This document shows, in pieces, positions 26,055-35,116 of a stretch of DNA of 35,116 bases. The notes beneath the pieces were generated by a model, which saw only the letters and a program-made list of their open reading frames with translations, was not told the DNA's origin and did not search any database. Within the stretch, counting starts at the first letter, position 1; each line of letters starts with the position of its first letter. The stretch is from Eledone cirrhosa (taxonomy: Eukaryota): assembly GCA_964016885.1 (NCBI GenBank), contig CAXHJY010000559.1, positions 1 through 35,116 of the forward strand, given 5' to 3'. A program made the translations under genes and the position numbers.

Positions 26055-26820
26055 GGTATCTATATGTATATATATATGTATCTCTCTATATATATATGTA
26101 TCTATATGTTATATATATATATGTGTGTGTGTGTGTATCTATCTATCTATATATATTTTTTTATGTGTATATTTATATATTATATATATATATATTATAT
26201 GTATTTATATATATATTATATGTATTTATATATTATATATATTTATTATATGTATATATATACATACTATATATATATATACATATCTATTTTATTTTAT
26301 ATCATATTCCCCTTATTTTTATCATCCAACTTGTGACATTTAACATTCAATTATAGTCGTTAGTAAACATTAAACATTGTTTAAAATTATCTCGAACATT
26401 CAATTAATGTTGCCAGAGTATATTGTAAATATGACATTAGCGTTGCTTACAGATAGCATAACAACGTTGCTAATATTCAAATTAATTATGTTGATCGTTC
26501 CTTTTAGAATACTTACAATTCAATTAAATTTCTATATCTCTTGACATTAAATTTCTATATAGTGAATTCCATTTGAGTGAAACTGATCTGCTAAATATAT
26601 ATAAATATATGTGTGTGTATGTGTGTGTATATATGTATATATTATAAGAGAATATAAAAGAGAGATAAACACAGATATATACATATGTGTGTTTAAATCG
26701 TAAGGGACCAGATTCGCTAGAGTGAAAAAGATACTATAATATACTGCTCGGAAACATCTCTTTCCTTGATTTATTTAACTGTAAGAGACTATTTTGAGTT
26801 TCTAACTCAATATATACCTT

Positions 26821-26874
<54 letters not shown>

Positions 26875-26882
26875 CAAAGGTA

Positions 26883-26950
26883 TATCGAATGCTCTGGAGC
26901 GTTTGTGGTCCACCTGGTTTCTTACCACACTTTCTTTGTTATATATATAT

Positions 26951-27037
<87 letters not shown>

Positions 27038-27093
27038 CAAAGAAAGTGTGGTAAGAAACCAGGTGGACCATAAACGCTCCAGAGCATTCGATA
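26883..27093. repeat. 211-bp quasi-palindrome: 58-bp inverted arms (1 mismatch) around (TA)n
   Basis: 26883-26940 is the reverse complement of 27036-27093. Confidence 0.97.
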
Positions 27094-27120
27094 CTTAGGT
27101 TAGTAGAGTGGGTAATAAGA

Positions 27121-27205
27121 AAAGAGTCAGGACCCCGCGGCTGAGCTCCGGCCGTTCCTAGCTGTCGAAACATCCGGAACTCAGCCCTCGGGGTCCTGAC
27201 TATTT
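27121..27205. repeat. GC-rich imperfect hairpin formed by two divergent copies of the hammerhead-like 3' half
   Basis: AGTCAGGACCCCGCGGCTGAGCTCCGG ... CCGGAACTCAGCCCTCGGGGTCCTGACT. Related sequence lies at 12575-12597 and 25149-25200. Confidence 0.85.
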
Positions 27206-27706
27206 CCCTATATATATAATGTGTGTGGGTATAGAACAAATGTTGTGTGGATGTGGATTTCTACGAAACGCTGATAGCGACTTCTTTTACTGTCTTTAGG
27301 ATGTCTTCACCCTATTTTATAAGCTGTTTTATAGCATTTCCGCGCATGCGCACACCATTCTCTGGGAGATTCAGCATGTACAGTCCTGCAATAAGACTTA
27401 CAAACGGTTTCACAAAGAAGACATGGGCTGACACATGGCTATGTTACATGACATTTGCCTAAGATACAACACATTGGGATCGAACCTTCTGATTGACATG
27501 TCAACTTCTGAACCATTCAGCCATAATGCGTTCCCTTTAATATATATAGAGAGAGGGAGAGGGTGGGAGAGAGCGAGAGAGAGAGAGAGGGGCTGTGTGA
27601 ACAAAACCTTGTATTAGATCAAATGTGTGTTTAATAGGTTTACAGAATGAAATATGACAATCATCAAATGGAATCTCTTACCAATTCTTTTCTTCTCTTT
27701 GTGTTT

Positions 27707-27781
<75 letters not shown>

Positions 27782-27794
27782 CTGTATGTATATG

Positions 27795-27848
<54 letters not shown>

Positions 27849-27892
27849 TATATATAGATATATATATATAATCTGTATGTATATGTATATAT

Positions 27893-27926
<34 letters not shown>

Positions 27927-27950
27927 AGATATATATATATAATCTGTATG

Positions 27951-27998
<48 letters not shown>

Positions 27999-28177
27999 AT
28001 CTGTATGTATATGTATATATATGTATATATGATCTGTGTGTATGTATATATATATATGTATATATATAATCTGTGTGTATATATATTATATATGTATACA
28101 TATATATATTATATATATATAATCTGTGTGTATGTATATGTATACATATATATATATAATCTGTGTGTATGTATATA

Positions 28178-28216
<39 letters not shown>

Positions 28217-28227
28217 ATATGTATATA

Positions 28228-28269
<42 letters not shown>

Positions 28270-28293
28270 TATATATATACACTATATATATAT

Positions 28294-28360
<67 letters not shown>

Positions 28361-28664
28361 TACATACACACAGATTATATATATATATATATATATAAAC
28401 ACAGAATATATATATATATATATATATATATTTGTATATATATATAGTGTGTATATATATATATATATATATGGTGTATGCGTATATTTTATTATATTCA
28501 AACATCCTTTGCATCAATAGATTCATTGGGTGTATATCTGTATGGGTGTGTATAATGGGTGGGTGTGTATAATGGGTGGGTGTGTATAATGGATGCCTAC
28601 ACACTACAGAATGATAGATTATTTCTAAATCCTGGACATCATACATGTATGTGTGTGTATGTAC

Positions 28665-28699
<35 letters not shown>

Positions 28700-28789
28700 G
28701 CTATGATTGTGTGTGTGTGTGTGTGTGTGTGTATGAGTGTGTGTATATGTGTGTGTGTGTGGGGGGGGTGGATTGGACCTCCACAGATT

Positions 28790-29092
28790 CCAATGACCAA
28801 TGTTCCAGTTGTTTGACCTACTGAAAGAACCTGCTCATGAAATTAACCTGTAAGTGGCTGAGCATTCCTGAGACATTTGAAAATGTAATGCAGTTCTCGG
28901 GGAGATTCAGCATGAGACAATGTGTGACATTGTTGGCCACCTTTTAATTACTGGTACAATTCATATTTGCCAGCTGAATGAACTGAAGCAACATGAAGTG
29001 TCTTGCTTAAGGACACAACGCACTACCTTGTTCTGGAATAGAAACAACGACCATGAGTCGAACACCCCAAGCACAAAGCCACTTGTCTCCAC
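28790..29092 (-). mobile_element. tRNA-derived SINE (third family), degenerate
   Basis: Minus-strand tRNA-like head GTGGAGACAAGTGGCTTTGTGCTTGGGGTGTTCGACTCA, then GTTGTGTCCTTAAGCAAGACACTT...CAGTTCATTCAGCTGG. GGGAGATTCAGCATG is shared with 27364-27378. Confidence 0.7.
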
Positions 29093-30039
29093 ACGTTCAT
29101 ACATACATACATACATACATACATAAATACGTAAATGTACACGTGCATACGTAGACACGTACGTGCATACGTAGACACACACACACGTACATACACACAC
29201 ACGTACATAGGCCCGCACACACATACACACAGTACTACATCTATTCTTTGATATCCCATCTCACGAATACCTCCCATGCGAGAAATTCCAAGTATTTGAA
29301 AAATAATCAATTTTAATAATTATATGTTTGAAGCAATTTTGTGAATGTACGTCCAGTTGCCTGTGTCCGGTTGACACAAACATTCCAAAAGAACACCCAC
29401 GAATGTTGACCATTTTAGAATGTAACATTTATTTCTATCTTTTCACACTCTGCGTATTTGAATTTAATTCTTAATAATTCGCAATCCGGTCATAAAATAA
29501 AAATAATTTCTATCTATAATAGTAGTAGAATTCTGCTGGGCGACCGATTTCTTTCCACATATTCGATTGATAGTCAAACACGTGACCAGTTTAAGAGTAA
29601 TTCTCGTTCCATTTATATATATATATAAATTTGAGCGATTTCCGTCCGTCCGTTCGTTCGTCACATAATGGGTGTTTGTGTGTCAGAACAGGAAAGGAGA
29701 TGGGCTCCACCCATGTTTAAAATGCCCAAGTAACGCTATATGTCATTGCGGCGTCCCTACGACTCCACTAAGAGATATGCGTTCATATCAGTGGCGAAGT
29801 GTAACCTGGAAAGCAGGCCGTGCAGTCCAATCGCCATGGCAGAAAGTGGGGCTGTGCAGCCCCCCCCCCCCCCCCCCAGCCCCAATTCCCTCTAAATGAC
29901 CCTCCCAGTCAAAGCCGCATGTAGTGTTATCTAATGTGTGTGTGTGTGTTATCTTTTTGTGGTATGATTTAGTAAGCAGTCAAAATTCTGCTTGCCCAAA
30001 AGCTGTCGTGTGATTGTGTCTGTGTGTGTGTGTGTGTTT

Positions 30040-30123
<84 letters not shown>

Positions 30124-30180
30124 TATCTTTTTTGTGTTTATACGTTTTAGTAAGCAGCCAAAATTCTGCTGGCTTCAACC

Positions 30181-30363
30181 GACGCAATTGATCAACTCAA
30201 GATTCTATAACGCATGCACGGACCCTTCGCCCCTGGTTCATATATTGCTAGAGAAGGGTGGTGTGTAATGTTGGAGACAGTTGCTGCTGACAGGACCCGC
30301 TGGAAGGAGTGTTTGAGGTCTCTGCCCTCACTACCCTCTCAGGAATAAGTGGGCGAAGAAGAA
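30181..30363 (+). mobile_element. 3' end of an RTE-like LINE
   Basis: The frame reads ...WCVMLETVAADRTRWKECLRSL...stop, matching the RTE C-terminal A.DR..W motif. A GAAGAAGAA tail follows shortly after. Confidence 0.6.
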
Positions 30364-30495
30364 TGGGATTTTTTACTTGTTTCATTGTTTTATTTTTTCA
30401 TCTTCCGGGATCGATAAAACAAGTACCAGTAATTTATTCGGTCGACGACGACACACTCGACTAGAACATTACTCTTCAAAATATCGGAAGAAGTC

Positions 30496-30650
30496 GGTGG
30501 TAATGATATAGGAGAGGGTGGTGGTGGTAGTGATATAGGAGAGGGTGGTGGTGGTGGTAGTGATATAGGAGAGGGTGGTGGTGGTGGTGATATAGGAGAG
30601 GTTGGTAGTGATGGTGGAGATATAGGAGAGGGTGGTGATGGTGGTGGTGG
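30496..30650. repeat. variable-length repeat (GGT)n-GATATAGGAGAGG, 5 copies
   Basis: Direct reading. Confidence 0.88.
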
Positions 30651-30800
30651 TGGCAGTGGTGGAGAAAGGGAAGATGGTGAAAATGCAGATTATGATGAAG
30701 AAAAAAAAAGCAAAATAGTGGAGGAGAGAAAGGAGAAGGAGAAGACAAAGTAGAAGACAAGAAGAAACGATCTACCGCGACTCCAATATAGCCATTACTC

Positions 30801-30892
30801 ACCCCCATGTCACCCCCATCACTCACCCCCTGTCACCCCCATGTCACCCCCCTGTCACCCCCATGTCACCCCCCTGTCACCCCCATGTCACC
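30801..30892. repeat. 11-bp tandem repeat CACCCCC(A/C)TGT with alternating variants
   Basis: About 8 copies. Confidence 0.9.
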
Positions 30893-31142
30893 AATGCTAA
30901 AGACACATCTAAGACGAGAACGGATTGTCGATAAATATAGTTTAAAAATATTAATGACAAATAATTAAAAATTACACCCTACACACACACACTACACACT
31001 CTCTCACACACACTCTCACACACACTCTGGCACATACACACACATATATACTCTCTCTCTCTACACACACACACATATATACTCTCTCTCTCTCTACACA
31101 CACACACACACATATACTCTCTCTCTCTACACACACACACAT

Positions 31143-31186
<44 letters not shown>

Positions 31187-31952
31187 TATACTCTCTCTCT
31201 CTACACACACACACACATATACTCTCTCTCTCTACACACACACACACATATATACTCTCTCTCTCTCTACACACACACATATATACTCTCTCTCTACACA
31301 CACGTTCATATTCGACACCATTAGGCATTGACACCAACCCTTGGATAAAGAAATCTTAGTAATTCCTACTACCACCACTACCACCACCTCAACCACCACC
31401 ACCACCACTACCACCACCTCAGCCACCACCACCTCCACTACCACCACCTCAGCCACGACCACCTCCACTACTACCACCTCCACGACCACCACCACCACAA
31501 CTACCACCACTACCACCACCTCAACCACCACCACCTCCACTACCACCACCTCAGCCACCACCACCACCAGCACTACTACCACTACCACCAACACCACCAC
31601 CACCACAACACCACCACCATTATGTCTTCATTATCATTATTATTCTCATCTCCCTGGTTTTTAGGGTGTTTTTTTTCTTGTAAAATGTTGATGTTTGATG
31701 TTTGGTTAGCAACATTTAAATCGGATTTTGCCTTTTCAATAAAACATCAGCTGAGAGAGAGGGAGAGAGACAAGAAGATACAGAGAGGGAGAGGGGAGGA
31801 GACAGTGAATGAGAGAGAGAGAGAGCGATGGGTGAAGGTGGGGGATAGTAAGAGAAGAGTAGGTAGGTAATGTAGTTGATGATGATGATATGTGTAAGGG
31901 GCGGAATAGTAAATAGATAAAGTGTATATAAAGTGAATATATACACTTTACA

Positions 31953-32052
<100 letters not shown>

Positions 32053-32242
32053 GTATATATATATATATAGTATATATATAGTGTATATATATATAGTATA
32101 TATATAGTGTATATATATATAGTATATATATAGTGTGTATATATATAGTATATATATAGTGTGTATATATATATATATATAGTATATATATATAGTGTAT
32201 ATATACACACACACACATATATATATATAGTGTATATATACA

Positions 32243-32316
<74 letters not shown>

Positions 32317-32336
32317 TGTATATATACACACACCAC

Positions 32337-32434
<98 letters not shown>

Positions 32435-32569
32435 CTATATATATATGTATATATACACTATATATATATATATATATAGTGTATATATATATGTGTGTGG
32501 ATAAAAATAAATACAAGAAAAGATATCTGAATAAAACAGTGGAAAGTTTAATGTCTTTGTCATTGTTTG

Positions 32570-32614
<45 letters not shown>

Positions 32615-32694
32615 ATTATATGTGTATGATATATACGTTTTTTTGCGGGACACTGGTTCTGGAACGATTGATAAAAATATAATTGTTTCTATTT

Positions 32695-32864
32695 TTGGCA
32701 CAAGGCCAGCAATACCCAGTGCATTACTGGTACTTTATTTATCGACCCCGTAAGGATTAAAGGCAAAGTTAACCTCGGCGGGATTTGAACTCAGTCCGTA
32801 AAGGGACGTAACTGTGCAAAGCATGGCGTCCACCCCCTCTACCGATACTGCCAATCGACCGCCA
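32695..32864 (-). mobile_element. tRNA-derived SINE, best-preserved copy of the main family
   Basis: The minus strand reads TGGCGGTCGATTGGCAGTATCGGTAGA (A-box-like) ... GAGTTCAAATCCCGCC (B-box-like) GAGGTTAACTTTGCC...GGTCGATAAATAAAGTACCAGT. At least five related copies occur in this window. Confidence 0.85.
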
Positions 32865-33606
32865 TTGTGTTATTATATATATATATATAATGACACACAT
32901 ATATATCTATATAATGTCATTATTTATATACATATATACACACTGACACATGTATATATATATATATATATATATATACTTGTGTCAGTGTGTGTATATA
33001 TGTGTGTCAGTGTGTATATATGTGTGTCAGTGTGTATATATATACATATATGTGTGTGTCAGTGTGTATATATACATATATATGTGTCAGTGTATATATA
33101 TATTTATATGTGTGTCATTGTGTATATGTTTCTGTGTGTATATATATGTGTCGGTTGGCGTCTGTATTTATGTATGTGTGTGTATATATGTGTATGTATA
33201 TATTTACATGTGTGTACACACGTGCATATAATAAGCATGCTCACACCAAACCTTAACACACACACACACTGACATACACCCACTGACATACACACACTGG
33301 CATACACATCACACACTGGCATACACCAAACACTGGCATACACATACACACACTGACCATACACACACTGACATACACATACACACACTGACATACACAC
33401 ACTCACACTGACATACACACACTGACATACACACACTCACACTGACATACACACACAGACATACACACACTGACATATACTTACTGAAGAAAACAAGTTT
33501 GTATAAAAATGATAAAAATTAAATTAACAATTAATTATTGTTGCTGTTGTTGTTAATGTTTTTTTTTAATTCGATATGGTGGTGGTGTCGGGGGTGATAG
33601 GGATGG

Positions 33607-33802
33607 TGATATTTAGGGGGTAGTTGTGGCAGTGACTGGTATTTAGGGGGTAGTTGTGGAAGTGACTGGTATTTAGGGGGTAGTTGTGGAAGTGACTGAT
33701 ATTTAGGGGGTAGTTGTGGAAGTGACTGATATTTAGGGGGTAGTTGTGGCAGTGACTGGTATTTAGGGGGGTAGTTGGTGGCAGTGACTGGTATTTAGGG
33801 GG
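33607..33802. repeat. 30-bp minisatellite (TATTTAGGGGGTAGTTGTGGMAGTGACTGR), ~6.5 copies
   Basis: Direct reading. Confidence 0.95.
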
Positions 33803-34325
33803 TAGTGGTGGTAAGTGATTTGTAGGTGGTGGTGGTGGTGGAGAATTGTTGTAGTGAGTGAAGTTGGATGATGGTTGTGGCAATATTAGTGCTGGTGTTG
33901 ATGGTAGTAATACTAGTGGTGGTGGTGGTGGTGGTCGTGGTACTGAAGGTGGTGGTGGTCGTGGTACTGATGGTGGTGGTGGTGGAAGATGTGATGGTGT
34001 TGGGGGTAGATGTGGTGGTGGTGGTGGAGGTAAGGAAATGTGACATATGGGTGAATGCCATTATTTCCGTCGATCAGTTATCGGAAGCGGCAGCGGGGGG
34101 AAAAGAGATTGGATGTCAGAGAGGACAAGACATTGATAGAGAGAGGAGGTGAGAGGGAATGATAGGGAGGAGAGATGTGATGAGAGGAAGAGAAGGAAAG
34201 AGTGGCTAGAATGAGGGGGGAAAGGTGGGGAGACATGTGGGGAACGAGCGAGAATGGAAAGAAAGAGGTAGATAAAGAAGAGATAGGGGGAAGAGAAAAG
34301 ATGCGAGAGAGAGATAGAGAGAGAG

Positions 34326-34365
<40 letters not shown>

Positions 34366-34667
34366 AGAGGGGAGCTGGTGGAAGAGATAGAGAGGGATAG
34401 ACGGCAAGCAAGGTGAGGAGGAGGAGGAGGAAAGGATGTAAGAGATGAGGAGGAGAGGAAGGAAGAAGATGAAATAAGAAAGTGTGTTGAGTGAGGAAGG
34501 AGTGGACGCCATGTTAACCACGAGAAACGTGTGTCCAATTATAACGTGAGATTGTTGTCTCGAGATTCTCGTTGGAGGTTAAAGACATTCTCTGACTTTC
34601 AACGGCAACCTTCAAACAAACTTAATTTTATTTCAGGGCATTAGTTCAACAATGTTGTTATTGTCAG

Positions 34668-35060
34668 GGTTGTTGTCGTCCGTTCTCGTTGTTGTTGTTG
34701 TTGTGGTGGTGGTGGTCGTTGTTGTTTGTTGAGGTTGTGGTGGTGGTGGTCGTTGTTGTTGTTGTTGTGGTGGTGGTGGTCGTTGTTGTTGTTAATGTTG
34801 TTGTTGTTGTTGTTGAGGTTGTGGTGGTCGTTGTTGTTGTTAATGTTGTTGATGTCGTTGTCGCAGTCATGGTTGTTGTCGTCCTTGTTGTTGGTGGTGA
34901 TGATGTTGTTGATGTTGTCGTTGTTGCACTTATTGTTGTTGTGTCGTCACGGTTGTTTTTGTTGACGTTGTTTTTGCTGTTGTTGTTGTCCTTATGTTAT
35001 TACCCTTGTTGTGATTTTATTTTTGTCATGGTTGTTGTTGTTGTTGTTGGTTGTTGGTTG
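34668..35060. repeat. degenerate (GTT)n/(GGT)n microsatellite
   Basis: Direct reading. Confidence 0.9.
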
Positions 35061-35116
35061 CTGCTGTTCCACTTGAACTGCTGCGGATGTTATAATGTTG
35101 ATATTCTAATTGCTAT

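Noticed and set aside
29788-29885. hAT-like terminus (CAGTGGCG...GGGGCTG...CAGCCCC)
   Set aside because: No matching second TIR or 8-bp TSD found.
30476-30826. His-rich protein ORF (HHHPLLY)
   Set aside because: Derived from the (GGT)n-GATATAGGAGAGG repeat, with low-complexity flanks and no support for coding.
33607-33802. Interstitial telomeric repeat (TTAGGG inside the 30-bp unit)
   Set aside because: Only one TTAGGG per unit and not tandem.

Overview
AT-rich, microsatellite-saturated eukaryotic intergenic or intronic DNA with no supportable host protein-coding gene. Almost all ORF-track entries are translations of simple repeats. The repeat load and the recurring tRNA-derived SINE fragments resemble, from recall only, an octopus/coleoid cephalopod genome; this is an inference. 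Supportable content: (1) a 637-bp RTE-like LINE insertion with a 12-bp target-site duplication and a 5' inversion in twin-priming geometry (19501-20137); (2) a rearranged mariner remnant with three TIRs (7713-8100); (3) a 22-copy 60-bp minisatellite with higher-order structure (5585-6904); (4) two families of hammerhead-ribozyme-like motifs beside microsatellites (12441 and 25004; 12575, 25160 and 27121), suggesting Penelope-like or retrozyme remnants; (5) a cluster of fold-back palindromes, two of them centred on (TA)n (26794-27205); (6) many SINE fragments and tandem repeats. No CRISPR array, rRNA or intact tRNA is seen.
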